Shown piece after piece: positions 1-9,607 of a stretch of DNA of 64,000 nucleotides. The notes beneath the pieces are model-generated. The model did not search any database. It was not told where the DNA came from and saw only the letters and a list, made by a program, of their open reading frames with translations. Each line of letters starts with the position of its first letter. Position 1 is the stretch's first letter. Source of the stretch: Chloroflexota bacterium (GTDB lineage: Bacteria > Chloroflexota > UBA11872); contig JAJDZD010000053.1 in NCBI GenBank assembly GCA_022824865.1, positions 1,462 through 65,461 of the forward strand. Direction: 5' to 3'. Both the position numbers and the translations under genes were made by a program.

Positions 1-382
1 CGAATTGGTCCTCGGTGCCGGCATCGACGCCCCCGTCAGCTACGACCTGAACGGCAACTTCCGCATCATCGAGCACGTCCTCGCCGCCGTCTGCGAGCTG
101 TTCCCCATCTTTAGCCGCGTCCGCATGCTCCGGCAGTGGGCCGGCACCGTGGATGTCTGTCCCGACGCCAGCCCCATCATCTCCGGCACCCCCATCAAGG
201 GCCTCTTCATGAACTGCGGCTGGGGCACCGGCGGCTTCAAAGCCACCCCCGGCTCCGGCTGGGTCTTCGCCCATACCCTCGCCCACCAGGAACCCCACCC
301 GCTTAACGCACCCTTCTCCCTCGACCGCTTCACCACCGGCGCCCTGATCGACGAACACGGCGCCGCCGCCGTGGCCCACTGA
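1..382 (+). CDS. soxB: sarcosine oxidase subunit beta, C-terminal part (truncated by window edge)
   Basis: [33 protein letters not shown] and the C-terminal [11 protein letters not shown] are characteristic of SoxB; followed by soxD/A/G. Confidence 0.95.
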   Translation, partial: ELVLGAGIDAPVSYDLNGNFRIIEHVLAAVCELFPIFSRVRMLRQWAGTVDVCPDASPIISGTPIKGLFMNCGWGTGGFKATPGSGWVFAHTLAHQEPHPLNAPFSLDRFTTGALIDEHGAAAVAH

Positions 383-388
383 TCCGCC

Positions 389-655
389 ATGCTTCTCATC
401 CCCTGCCCCTGGTGCGGACCCCGCGAGGACGACGAGTTCACCTTCGGCGGCGAGGCCGACATCCCCCGCCCCGCCGATCCCGCGGCGCTCACCGACGAGC
501 AGTGGGCCGACTACCTCTTCATGCGCGACAACCGTCGTGGCCACCACCGCGAACAGTGGTACCACACCGCCGGCTGCCGCCGCTGGTTCATCGTCGAGCG
601 CGACACCGTCACCAACGAGATTCTCGGCGCAAGCACCTACGGCGACTCGCAATGA
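389..655 (+). CDS. soxD: sarcosine oxidase subunit delta
   Basis: MLLIPCPWCGPR...EF..GGEA...WYHTAGCRRWF..RDTVT zinc-binding SoxD pattern. Confidence 0.95.
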   Translation: MLLIPCPWCGPREDDEFTFGGEADIPRPADPAALTDEQWADYLFMRDNRRGHHREQWYHTAGCRRWFIVERDTVTNEILGASTYGDSQ

Positions 656-3636
656 GCCAGCCCTTCCGCCTCGACCACGGCGGCCGCATCCACCGCGACG
701 CGCCCCTCCAATTCACCTTTGACGGACGGCCCATCGATGCATTCCGCGGCGACACCGTGGCCTCCGCCCTCCTCGCCAACGGCGTCTCCCTCGTCGGCCG
801 CAGCTTAAAGTACCACCGTCCACGCGGCATCGTCTCCGCCGGCGCCGAAGACCCCAACGCCTTCGTCCAACTCGGCCACGGCGCCCGCACCCTGCCCAAT
901 CGGCTGGCCACCGTTACCCCCGCCACGCCCGGGCTCGAAGTCCGCCACGTCAACGCCTGGCCCAGCCTGGACTTCGACCTCATGTCGGCCTTCGGTCTCG
1001 CCGCCCCGTTCATCCCCGCCGGCTTCTACTACAAGACCCTCATGTGGCCCCGTCGCCTCTGGCCGCTCTACGAACACTTCCTGCGCCACGCCGCCGGCCT
1101 CGGCCACGCGCCCAACGCTCCTGACCCCGATCGCTACGACCACGTCCACGCCCATTGCGACGTTCTGGTAGTCGGCGCCGGCCCGGCCGGCCTCGCCGCC
1201 GCCCGCGCCGCCGCTCAGACTGGTGCCCGCGTGATCGTCGCCGACGAACAGGCCGAATTCGGCGGCGGCCTGCTCGCCACCGCCGAGCGCGTCGACGCTC
1301 TCCCCGCACCGCAATGGGCCGACGTTGCCGCCGCCCAACTCTCCTCGGCTCCCGGCGTCACCGTCCTCCCCAACACCACCGCCTTCGGCCTCTACGAGAG
1401 CAACCTCGTCCTGCTCGCCGAGCGCCTGCATTCCGACCAGCCCGACAACGCCGGTTCCGAAAGCGGCGCCCGCGTCTGGCGCGTCCTCCCCAAACAGATC
1501 GTCCTCGCTTCCGGCGCCCATGAACGACCCCTGCTCTTCGCCAACAACGACCGCCCCGGCGTCCTGCTCGCCGGCGCCATCTCCACCTACCTCAACCGCT
1601 ACGCCGTCGCCCCCGGCTCACGCGCAGTCGTCTTCACCAACAACGACTCCGCCTACCGCACCGCCCTCGACCTCGCCGACGCCGGAGTCCCGGTCGCCGC
1701 CATCGCCGATGTTCGAGTTGATCCCGACGGCAACCTCCCAGCCCAGGCCCGCGCGCAAGGCATCCCGGTCCACACAGGCGCCGTCGTCGTTCAGGCCCAC
1801 GGCCGCGGCCGCGTCGCCGCCGCCGAGCTTTGCTCCCTGGATGGCGCCCCCCTCGGCACCGTCGAATGCGACCTCCTCGGCGTCTCCGGCGGCTTCGCTC
1901 CCGCCCTCCACCTCCACGCCCAGGCCAGCGCTCCAATGACCTGGAATCCCGAAGTCGCCGCCTTCGCCCCCCAGCCCTCGCACGGCATCCACCCCGCTGG
2001 AGCCGTCACCGGCCAACTGGACCTGGCCTCCGTCCTCCGCCAGGGCACGGCCGCGGGAACCGCTGCCGCCGCGGCAGCCGGCTGCTCCAACGGCCACACT
2101 CCGGCAGCCCCCCAGGCCGCCGAGACTCCCACCTCGGATCTCAAGCCCTACTGGCTCCCCCCCGGCGAACTCGCTCGCACCAAACCCCAGTTCGTCGACC
2201 TCCACGAAGACGTCACCCTCGACGACCTCCGCCTCTCCCTCCGCGAAGGCTACGAATCCATCGAGCACGTCAAGCGCTACACCACCCTCGGCATGGGACC
2301 CGACCAGGGCAAGCTCGCCAACCCCCTTGCCACCGGCGTCATCGCAGAGCTGCTCGGCCGCGACCCGGCCACCGTGGGCACCCCCCGCCACCGCCCCGCC
2401 TACTCCCCCGTCAGCCTCGGCGCCATCGCCGGCCGCCACATCGGCCCGCTCGCCGACCCCGTCCGCGTCACCCCCATGCAGGAGTGGCACGAATCCGCCG
2501 GTGCCCACTTCGAGAACGTCGGCCAGTGGCGCCGCGCCTGGTACTACCCCCACCCCGGCGAATCCATGCACGAAGCCGTCGCCCGCGAGTGCCTCGCCGT
2601 CCGCAACCGCGTCGGCATCCTCGACTACTCCACCCTCGGCAAGATCGAAATCACCGGCCCCGACGCCGGCGAGTTCCTCGACCGCGTCTACACCAACGCC
2701 TGGAAACGCCTCCGCCCCGGCCGCTGCCGCTACGGGCTGATGCTCGGTGAAGACGGCATGATCTTTGACGACGGCGTCACCGCCCGCCTCGACGACCAGC
2801 GCTACCTCATGTTCACCAGCACCTCCAACGCGGCCCCCGTGCTGGCCTGGCTCGAACAATGGCTGCAGACCGAGTGGACCGACCTCCGCGTCTACCTCAC
2901 CTCCGTCTCCGAGCACTGGTCCAACATCGCCCTCGCCGGCCCCCGCAGCCGCGACGTGCTGGCCGCCGCCGGCACCGACATCCCCCTCGCTCGCGACGAC
3001 TTCCCCTTCATGACCTTTCGCGAAGGCCATGTCGCCGGCGTCCCCGCGCGCGTCTTCCGTATCAGCTTCAGCGGCGAACTCTCCTACGAAATCAACGTCC
3101 CTGCCGACCGCGCCCGCCACGTCTGGGAAGCCCTGTTAGACGCCGGCCGCTCCTTCGGCATCACCCCCTACGGCACCGAGACCATGCATGTACTGCGCGC
3201 CGAAAAGGGCTTCATCATCGTCGGCCAGGAAACCGACGGCTCCGTCACACCCGATGACGTCGGCCTCGGCCGCTTGCTCTCCCGCCGCAAGGACTTCCTC
3301 GGCAAGCGCTCCCTCAGCCGCCCCGATTCCGCTCGCCCCGACCGCAAGCAACTCGTCGGCCTGCTCACCGACGACCCCGCCCTGGTCCTGCCCGAAGGCG
3401 GCCACGTTGTGGACGCGCCAGGCCGCCGGCGCCCCCTGCCCATGCGCGGCCACGTCACCTCCAGCTACTTCAGCCCCGTCCTCGGCCGCTCCATCGCCCT
3501 GGCCATGGTCTCCGGCGGCCGCGCCGCCCTCGGCGAACGCCTCTACGTCGCTACCCTCCACGACGACCGCTGGCTCCCCGTCCGCAGCTGCCACCCCGTC
3601 TTCTACGATCCCGAAGGCGCCCGCCAGCATGTCTAG
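652..3636 (+). CDS. soxA: sarcosine oxidase subunit alpha
   Basis: ATG at 652 overlaps the soxD stop (ATGA); GDTVASALLANG, KYHRPRG, GAGPAG Rossmann motif, KRYTTLGMGPDQGK, GcvT-like C-terminal half. Confidence 0.95.
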   Translation: MSQPFRLDHGGRIHRDAPLQFTFDGRPIDAFRGDTVASALLANGVSLVGRSLKYHRPRGIVSAGAEDPNAFVQLGHGARTLPNRLATVTPATPGLEVRHVNAWPSLDFDLMSAFGLAAPFIPAGFYYKTLMWPRRLWPLYEHFLRHAAGLGHAPNAPDPDRYDHVHAHCDVLVVGAGPAGLAAARAAAQTGARVIVADEQAEFGGGLLATAERVDALPAPQWADVAAAQLSSAPGVTVLPNTTAFGLYESNLVLLAERLHSDQPDNAGSESGARVWRVLPKQIVLASGAHERPLLFANNDRPGVLLAGAISTYLNRYAVAPGSRAVVFTNNDSAYRTALDLADAGVPVAAIADVRVDPDGNLPAQARAQGIPVHTGAVVVQAHGRGRVAAAELCSLDGAPLGTVECDLLGVSGGFAPALHLHAQASAPMTWNPEVAAFAPQPSHGIHPAGAVTGQLDLASVLRQGTAAGTAAAAAAGCSNGHTPAAPQAAETPTSDLKPYWLPPGELARTKPQFVDLHEDVTLDDLRLSLREGYESIEHVKRYTTLGMGPDQGKLANPLATGVIAELLGRDPATVGTPRHRPAYSPVSLGAIAGRHIGPLADPVRVTPMQEWHESAGAHFENVGQWRRAWYYPHPGESMHEAVARECLAVRNRVGILDYSTLGKIEITGPDAGEFLDRVYTNAWKRLRPGRCRYGLMLGEDGMIFDDGVTARLDDQRYLMFTSTSNAAPVLAWLEQWLQTEWTDLRVYLTSVSEHWSNIALAGPRSRDVLAAAGTDIPLARDDFPFMTFREGHVAGVPARVFRISFSGELSYEINVPADRARHVWEALLDAGRSFGITPYGTETMHVLRAEKGFIIVGQETDGSVTPDDVGLGRLLSRRKDFLGKRSLSRPDSARPDRKQLVGLLTDDPALVLPEGGHVVDAPGRRRPLPMRGHVTSSYFSPVLGRSIALAMVSGGRAALGERLYVATLHDDRWLPVRSCHPVFYDPEGARQHV

Positions 3637-4249
3637 TCCAACACCCCGCCGCTCACCGTTCGGCGCAATCGAATCCGCGCAGCCACCTCCTCACGAAGGC
3701 CAACTCTTCGAACGCCCCTTCCTCACTCACGTCAATCTGCGATTGGACTCCGCCGACTCGGAAGCCCTCGCTGCAATCCAACAAATGCTCGGCGTCCAAC
3801 TCCCGCTCACGCCCAACACCACAGCCGCCAGCCAAGGACTCTTGGCAATCTGGCTGGGACCCGACGAATGGCTCCTGCTCGCCGCGCAAGATTATTCCGA
3901 GGCCCTGGCCAGTGATTTGCAGGCCGCTCTGACTGGCCACGTCGCCTCCATAGTTGACATAAGTTCCGGCCAAACGGTCATTCGCCTGTCCGGGCCCTCC
4001 GCGCTCGATGTCCTCGCCCGCGGCTGCGCCCTCGATCTCCATCCCTCCGTGTTCCCACCCGGCGCCTGTGCCCAAACCATGCTCGCCCGCGCCCAGACCC
4101 TCCTTATCGCCGTCGACCTCACGCCCACCTTCGACATCATCGTCCGCCGCAGCTTCGCCCCCTACGTCGCCGCCTGGCTCAAAGACTCCGCCCGCCAATT
4201 CGGCCTCCACTTCCCCACGACCGCAACCCCAGGAACAACCCTTGCATAA
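3629..4249 (+). CDS. soxG: sarcosine oxidase subunit gamma
   Basis: ATG 3629 overlapping soxA end; WLGPDEWLL, GCALDLHP, VRRSFAPY SoxG motifs. Confidence 0.9.
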   Translation: MSSPTPRRSPFGAIESAQPPPHEGQLFERPFLTHVNLRLDSADSEALAAIQQMLGVQLPLTPNTTAASQGLLAIWLGPDEWLLLAAQDYSEALASDLQAALTGHVASIVDISSGQTVIRLSGPSALDVLARGCALDLHPSVFPPGACAQTMLARAQTLLIAVDLTPTFDIIVRRSFAPYVAAWLKDSARQFGLHFPTTATPGTTLA

Positions 4250-4297
4250 CACCCCTCGCCCCCAATACCGCGCCCGCTCTTCCTCCCTCTCTCCGTG

Positions 4298-4586
4298 GAG
4301 GCCTTTGCATAACCCCCATCCTCCGGGACGTGGCCTCTTGGCTCGCTTGGGGAAGAGGCCAGCGACGTCTTTGCCGGAGGGTGCGCGGGGTCAATCCCTT
4401 CCAGGAGAAGCCGTCTTATTCCCTCTCCCTGGCAGGGAGAGGGCTAGGGTGAGGGTCGAAAGCCCGGAATCCCTCCCAAGCCCTGAGCCAACCACGCTGC
4501 CCCCTCGCCGCCGCCGCTCTTCCCCTCTCCTGGGGAATAGACAAGGGGTCTTCGGGGCACTCGCGCTAGAGTTACGCAAAGGTCTC
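4298..4586. mobile_element. MITE-like element copy 1 (IS5-like terminal inverted repeats, internal REP-like hairpins)
   Basis: Left GAGGCCTTTGCATAACC, right GTTACGCAAAGGTCTC; flanks CCGTG/CCATG (imperfect target duplication); same ends at 21717 and 44202. Confidence 0.7.
4381..4483 (+). repeat. ~100 bp direct repeat copy A (CCCTCTCCCTGGCAGGGAGAGGGCTAGGGTGAGGG palindromic unit)
   Basis: Closely similar to 5530-5633; the two copies bracket the MBL hydrolase gene. Confidence 0.85.
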
Positions 4587-4588
4587 CC

Positions 4589-5467
4589 ATGACCGCCGAC
4601 CTCCGCCTCGTCCTCATCGGCACCGGCAATCCAACCCCCCGCGCCCACCGCGCCGGCCAGTCCATTGCCGTCCTGACCGACAACGCCGGCGCAATCTTCG
4701 ACCTCGGCCCCGGCTCCGCCATGAACCTCTTCGCCTCCTCCGTTGATCCGCTGGCCATCGATCAACTCTTCTTCACCCACCACCACTTCGACCACATGGC
4801 CGACTTCGGCCACTTCGTCATGGCCCGCTGGGACCAGGGCGCCGGCGCCGGTGACGCCCTCACCGTCTACGGCCCCCCGCCGCTTCGCCGCATCGCCGAT
4901 CTGCTCTTCGGCCCCGAAGGCGTCTACGGTCCCGATCTGCATGCCCGCACCCGCCACCCCCTCAGCCAGCGCATCCACCGGCTGCGCGGAGGCCCCATGC
5001 CCCGCACCCTCCCCGTTCTGGACATCCACGAACTCGAGGAAGGCGACACCGTGGCAACCCAGAGCTGGAAAGTGACCACCGGCCCCGCCCGCCACGTCCA
5101 GCCCTACCTCACCTCGCTGTCGTATCGCCTTGAGACTCCTTCCGCTTCCGTGGTCATCTCAGGCGACACCCGCCCCCTTCCGGCGCTCGTCGATTTCGCT
5201 CGCGACGCCGACGTCCTTGTTCACATGGCCATGGACCTCCAGAACGAAATCGACCGCTGGCCCGAAATCGCCACCAGCTGCACCGGCGCCGCCGGCGCCG
5301 CCCGCATCGCCGCCCAGGCCAACGCCAAGCACCTCGTCCTCGTCCACCTGGACACCACCGCCGATCACCCCGACCGTCAGGACGCCATGCTCGCCGAAGC
5401 CCACGCCGAGTTCTCCGGCAACATCACCCTCGGCGAGGACTTCCTCGAAATCCCCGTCACCGCCTGA
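4589..5467 (+). CDS. MBL-fold metallo-hydrolase, RNase Z/arylsulfatase-like
   Basis: LIGTGNPTP, FDLGPG, THHHFDHMAD (HxHxDH), SGDT, LVLVH. Confidence 0.85.
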   Translation: MTADLRLVLIGTGNPTPRAHRAGQSIAVLTDNAGAIFDLGPGSAMNLFASSVDPLAIDQLFFTHHHFDHMADFGHFVMARWDQGAGAGDALTVYGPPPLRRIADLLFGPEGVYGPDLHARTRHPLSQRIHRLRGGPMPRTLPVLDIHELEEGDTVATQSWKVTTGPARHVQPYLTSLSYRLETPSASVVISGDTRPLPALVDFARDADVLVHMAMDLQNEIDRWPEIATSCTGAAGAARIAAQANAKHLVLVHLDTTADHPDRQDAMLAEAHAEFSGNITLGEDFLEIPVTA

Positions 5468-5529
5468 CCACCTCGTCTCAACCCGCAGGCGAGGCCGACG
5501 TCTTCTTCCGGCGAACCGGGAGAGCAACC

Positions 5530-5633
5530 GTGTGCGGTGTCAAACTCTTCGAGGCGAAGCCGATCTTTTCCCTCTCCCTGGCAGGGAGAGGGCTAGGGTG
5601 AGGGTGGAGAGCCCGGAGTCCCTCCCAAGCCCC
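5530..5633 (+). repeat. ~100 bp direct repeat copy B
   Basis: Matches 4381-4483. Confidence 0.85.
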
Positions 5634-5686
5634 AGGTCAGGCACACGGTCAACATTGCGGACGATCCCGCTCTCCCACGGTCTCGC

Positions 5687-5757
5687 TGTACCCAGGGCTG
5701 GTCGGTCTGTCTCGGCCCAGCAGCTCAAGCCTTGGACAGTGCAAAGCCCTGGGAACA
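5687..5757. repeat. short inverted-repeat element nested inside a REP-like unit
   Basis: TGTACCCAGGGCT...AGCCCTGGGAACA lies between the halves CTCTCCCACGG and AGGGTTGGGGTGAGG. Confidence 0.45.
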
Positions 5758-5855
5758 TACAAGGGTTGGGGTGAGGCTCTTCCGGTCAACGCCATCCGGG
5801 CAAGCACCCCACACCGCCCACCTACCTCCTACCCGGCTCGATACCTGCAACCAAC

Positions 5856-5890
5856 GGGGCCGCGCGACCCAAACAGTCCACGCGGCCCCG
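5856..5890 (-). terminator. GC-rich hairpin downstream of the small minus-strand ORF
   Basis: CGGGGCCGCG...CGCGGCCCCG perfect 10-bp stem; weak U-tract. Confidence 0.45.
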
Positions 5891-5910
5891 CGCTGCTTCT
5901 GTCTACTGCC

Positions 5911-6009
5911 TCAGGCCGCCGCGTCCCGCTCCATGCGGTACCACCACAGCGCCAACGGAACCATCGCCACCGCCAGACCCAGCAGCCCAATCCAAGCTTT
6001 CCGCTTCAT
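5911..6009 (-). CDS. 32-aa small membrane protein (MKRKAWIGLLGLAVAMVPLALWWYRMERDAAA)
   Basis: AGGAG Shine-Dalgarno 6 nt upstream of ATG, basic N-terminus plus one hydrophobic helix, downstream hairpin; below the ORF-track length cutoff. Confidence 0.6.
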   Translation of the reverse strand: MKRKAWIGLLGLAVAMVPLALWWYRMERDAAA

Positions 6010-6126
6010 GCCGCACTCCTAACCGTATAGATCCCGTCCGGGCCAGGCCCACGCCCAACCCTCTACCTTCACCATCGTCCTGCCACCCACCCCCCGTCAG
6101 TCACCTTCACAACCATCCGCCCCCAA

Positions 6127-6278
6127 CCGTTCGCGGCGAGCCGGGCCGGTGTACCCACCGGACCGAGTCGAACCACACAGCCAAGCGCACCCAACTCTCC
6201 CAGCCACTCCGCCGCCGTCCGCATCCCGTTCGGGTGTAGGGGCCGGTCTCTAACCGGCCGCTTCCGCGCAACCACCCC
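6127..6278 (+). repeat. ~150 bp direct repeat copy A with GTAG-type REP (GTAGGGGCCGGTCTCTAACCGGCC)
   Basis: Matches 8101-8275; brackets the 6347-8086 gene. Confidence 0.85.
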
Positions 6279-6346
6279 GCCGGCATCCCGGCGGCTGGTC
6301 GGCACACGGCGGATAGGATGGCGGCGGGGGAGACGGCAATCCGCGC

Positions 6347-8086
6347 ATGACCCACAGCAACGAAGAGATCACCCGGCGGCTGCAACTGGGCGAGGACAGC
6401 GCCTGGGAATTCAAGCAGGTCCAGTTCGCCGGCAACCGACCGGTAAGCCCGCAACGCGCCGACCTGGCGGACGAGATCGTGGCCTTCGCCAACGCTGACG
6501 GCGGCGTCCTGCTTTGCGGTGTCACCGATGAAGGCGAAGTGCAGGACATGACGCGCGAGCGCCTCAGTTCGCTGGACGACTACGTCGTCGAGATCAGCAC
6601 CGACGCCATTGAGCCGCCAGTTCGCATTCGCACCCAGCACATGGAACTCCCCGATCGCAGGCGATTGCTGCTCGTGGATGTACCGGCGGGCGATTCCGCG
6701 CACGAGCGTTCCGGCCAGCGATACATCCGCGTCGGCGGCTCCAAGCGAAGGATGACCGGCGATGAGTGGCTGCGCTTGGCGCAGCGTCGCGCGCAAGCCC
6801 GGTACCGGTCCTTTGATGAACAAACGGTTCCGGACACCGGAATCAACACCCTGGACGAGTCCCTCTGGAAACCACTGCTAAGCGCCGAAGGCGCCGCCGA
6901 ACCCGAGGTGGCGCTCGGCAGATTGGCTCTTCTCGCAAACGATGAGGCTGGCATCCCGCGCGCCACGGTCGCCGGCGTCTTGCTATGCACGCCGGATCCC
7001 CGGCAGTGGCTGCAAAACGCCGGGATCACCGCCACCCGCTATCGGGGCAACGACCGTGCGTCCGGCCAGATCGACGCGCAAGAAATCACCGGCCCGTTGA
7101 ACCGGCAGGTCGCCCAGGCCGTCGCCTTCGCCCTGCGCAACATGCAGGTCGCCGCCCGCAAGGATCCGGGGCGCGTTGACCTCCCCCAATACAGCCACCG
7201 GGCCATATTCGAAGCCCTCGTCAACGCCGTCGTGCATCGCGACTACTCGATAGGCGGCAGCAAGATTCGGCTCTCGATATTCGCTGACCGCTTGGAAATT
7301 CAATCGCCAGGCTCGCTGCCCAACAACCTCACCGTGGAGAGCATGGAAACGCGCCAGGTCACACGCAATGAAGCGTTGACCTCCGTTCTGGCGCGTTTGC
7401 CGGTTGGCGGCATTCAGGGCTCGGAGGAGCGGCAGTACTTCATGGAACGCCGCGGCGACGGCGTGCCCATCATCCGGCGCGAGACTCAGGAACTCTGCGG
7501 ACAGCTTCCGGAGTACCGGGTCATCGACGACTCCGAAGTCCGCCTCACAATCCCCGCGGCCACCCAGGAACACAGCCCCGCAAGCGCTGTGATCACCGTT
7601 CGGTCCGCCGGTCAGCCCCTGTCTGGCGCCGATGTCCTTGCGCTGTTTCCGAACAAGACCTGGAAACGCTCTACCACCAATAGCGATGGCGAGGCGTCGG
7701 TCGAGCTATACACGTCCCACCTCCCCATGACCGTATTCGCCGCCGCCCCCGGACACGCTGCGCACCTCGTACGCCAATGGACGCCCAGCCGGGGCGCGCT
7801 GACGCTCGACCTTCAGACGTTGTCGCATGGCGGCAGCGTCATCTTCCCTGAGGCGGTCGGTCACCTGCCCACCCTCAAAGGCCGCCTCAACCCCATCCGC
7901 GACACGTTGGACAGGACGTACGTCTACGCCTCCAACATCGCCATCAACCAGGGCCAACCCCAACCCGTCCGCTTCACCCCAGGCGAACAGCTGCGCCTCA
8001 CCGACGCCGACGGGCAAGAGGCCCAGATCCGAATCCTGGACGTCATAGGCCGTTCAGCCCTCCTCGAATACCAACCCATCGCCTGA
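6347..8086 (+). CDS. AlbA_2/Schlafen-like domain + HATPase_c_4 (RecG C-terminal-like) protein with extra C-terminal beta-sandwich domain
   Basis: GEDSAWEFK...LADEIVAFANADGGVLLCGVTD (AlbA_2); EALVNAVVHRDY...IFADRLEIQSPG..RN (HATPase_c_4); C-terminal GQPLSGADVLA...TTNSDGEA prealbumin-like pattern. Confidence 0.85.
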   Translation: MTHSNEEITRRLQLGEDSAWEFKQVQFAGNRPVSPQRADLADEIVAFANADGGVLLCGVTDEGEVQDMTRERLSSLDDYVVEISTDAIEPPVRIRTQHMELPDRRRLLLVDVPAGDSAHERSGQRYIRVGGSKRRMTGDEWLRLAQRRAQARYRSFDEQTVPDTGINTLDESLWKPLLSAEGAAEPEVALGRLALLANDEAGIPRATVAGVLLCTPDPRQWLQNAGITATRYRGNDRASGQIDAQEITGPLNRQVAQAVAFALRNMQVAARKDPGRVDLPQYSHRAIFEALVNAVVHRDYSIGGSKIRLSIFADRLEIQSPGSLPNNLTVESMETRQVTRNEALTSVLARLPVGGIQGSEERQYFMERRGDGVPIIRRETQELCGQLPEYRVIDDSEVRLTIPAATQEHSPASAVITVRSAGQPLSGADVLALFPNKTWKRSTTNSDGEASVELYTSHLPMTVFAAAPGHAAHLVRQWTPSRGALTLDLQTLSHGGSVIFPEAVGHLPTLKGRLNPIRDTLDRTYVYASNIAINQGQPQPVRFTPGEQLRLTDADGQEAQIRILDVIGRSALLEYQPIA

Positions 8087-8100
8087 ACAAGTCACCCCCT

Positions 8101-8275
8101 CCGTTCGAGGTGAGCCGGGCCGGAGTCCATCGGAGGCCCGTAGAGCCTGCCCTGAGCCTGTCGAAGGGAACCACCCAGCCAAGCGCACCCAACCCTCCCA
8201 GCCAATCCTCCGCCGCCCGCCCCCTTCCGGGTGTAGGGGCCGGTTTCTAACCGGCCGCTTCCGCGCAACCACCCC
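8101..8275 (+). repeat. direct repeat copy B, including a CCTGAGCCTGTCGAAGG unit
   Basis: Matches 6127-6278; related CCCTGAGCTTGTCGAA unit again at about 8323-8338. Confidence 0.85.
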
Positions 8276-8377
8276 TCAGCCATCCTTGCGTCAAGCCTGC
8301 CCTGACCCTGTCCAAGAGCCTGCCCTGAGCTTGTCGAATGGTGAATCTCGCCCTTTCCGCTCCTATGTCCGTTATCC

Positions 8378-8550
8378 CGCCTCCACCTCCCCACCCGCCG
8401 CATCACCCTCGAGCAAGTCGTCTGGCACCTCATCCGCGACCACGGCGTCCAACCCCGCCGACGACATCCTCTGGCGCCACGAAACCCACTTCCGCGACAC
8501 CCAACGCATCCAACCCCTGGCCCTACGCCCCACCCTTCGACCTGCCGCCA
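8378..8550 (+). pseudogene. 3' remnant of a putative toxin-like gene (HLPTRRITLEQVVWHLIRDHGVQPRR / DDILWRHETHF)
   Basis: Protein-like sequence split over two frames, no start; directly follows the repeat cluster. Confidence 0.4.
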
Positions 8551-8570
8551 GCGGGCCAAGGCCACTTGGA

Positions 8571-8807
8571 GTGACGATCACCGATGAAACGCGACCCGAG
8601 TGGCTGCCCGACGAATACGAACACGTCGTCGTCACTCATGAAGATCCACAGGCGGAAGTGGCCCGCGAGGCGCGGCGGCACTTCCGCCTGACCGCCGGCG
8701 AGTTTCTGCGTATCTACCAAGCCTCGCCCGAGCGACACCGAGGCGCCTCCGTCTGCAATTCCCTCTGCTGCCTCCCCGACTTCATTGCCCAATCCATAGA
8801 GGCCTAG
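8571..8807 (+). CDS. small hypothetical protein, putative antitoxin-like
   Basis: GTG start preceded by GGA; EARRHFRLTAGEFLRIY helical motif. Confidence 0.45.
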   Translation: MTITDETRPEWLPDEYEHVVVTHEDPQAEVAREARRHFRLTAGEFLRIYQASPERHRGASVCNSLCCLPDFIAQSIEA

Positions 8808-9112
8808 CAGCCGCCGAGTGCCAGACACTCACTGCGCTGCATCGAGAAATCTGAAGGCTTCCGTCTGTCACAGCAACTACCTAACCGTAGATGGATGGGT
8901 TCGTGCCAACCCTGATTGCCTGGCACAGATCAGTGGCAGACTCCTATGCGTAAGACAGACGGAAATCAAACAAGTCGATTCCGCTGTAAGACATAGTTGC
9001 CTGTCGCCTTGGCAACGACTTCACTAAGAATCCCTTGCTCTCCCAAGCTCAACAGCGAAATCTGATTCTTCACTTAATGGTCACGATCTACTTTGAGAGA
9101 AACAGAAAGGAA

Positions 9113-9607
9113 CTATCGTCGCCTGCGTCGGCGTGCTCGACGGCTGAGGGGAAGAGGCGCATGAGCTCTAATTCTTTGTTCTTGCAAACGCTCAAGTGTA
9201 ACTCGCTTCCCACTCATACCAAGTGCAAAGTGCCGAGGACCATCTGCCTCACTTACCTTAGTAGCTATATCATCGATTCGAACCGTGATCACCCGGTGCA
9301 GACCACGAGTTGAGAGCCGCGTGCCTGCCGACGACTTTCGGTTCATCCCGCGAACCCATACAACACTTAATTGGTTCTGCACCATAAGATGGGCATGCTG
9401 TTTTCTTGCAGCTTCGTCCGCCGTTATCCAAACATATCCGCGTTGCGACAACCAAGGTATTATGAATTCGTCTCTGCGGCCAATTAGCCCTAAACTGTCG
9501 TGATCTTCAACATGATATCCGACTAGGCTAAGCGCTCGTGCCACGATGTACGGCAGGCACTCGTCCAAGCAGAAGGCGACTTCCTCATCTTCCGCTTCAG
9601 TGAGCAT
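9113..9607 (-). CDS. PIN-like toxin (VapC45/DUF5615-like)
   Basis: FCLDECLP, D..IIPW....YVWITAD motifs; overlaps upstream DUF433 gene. Confidence 0.7.
   Translation of the reverse strand: MLTEAEDEEVAFCLDECLPYIVARALSLVGYHVEDHDSLGLIGRRDEFIIPWLSQRGYVWITADEAARKQHAHLMVQNQLSVVWVRGMNRKSSAGTRLSTRGLHRVITVRIDDIATKVSEADGPRHFALGMSGKRVTLERLQEQRIRAHAPLPLSRRARRRRRR

Noticed and set aside
1618-3120. Long antisense ORFs (also 24389-25792, 32265-33245, 36778-37896, 52323-53411, 54294-55484)
   Set aside because: Shadow frames of real high-GC genes with no recognisable motifs
8859-8964. Retron msr-msd or DGR element
   Set aside because: No reverse transcriptase anywhere in the window
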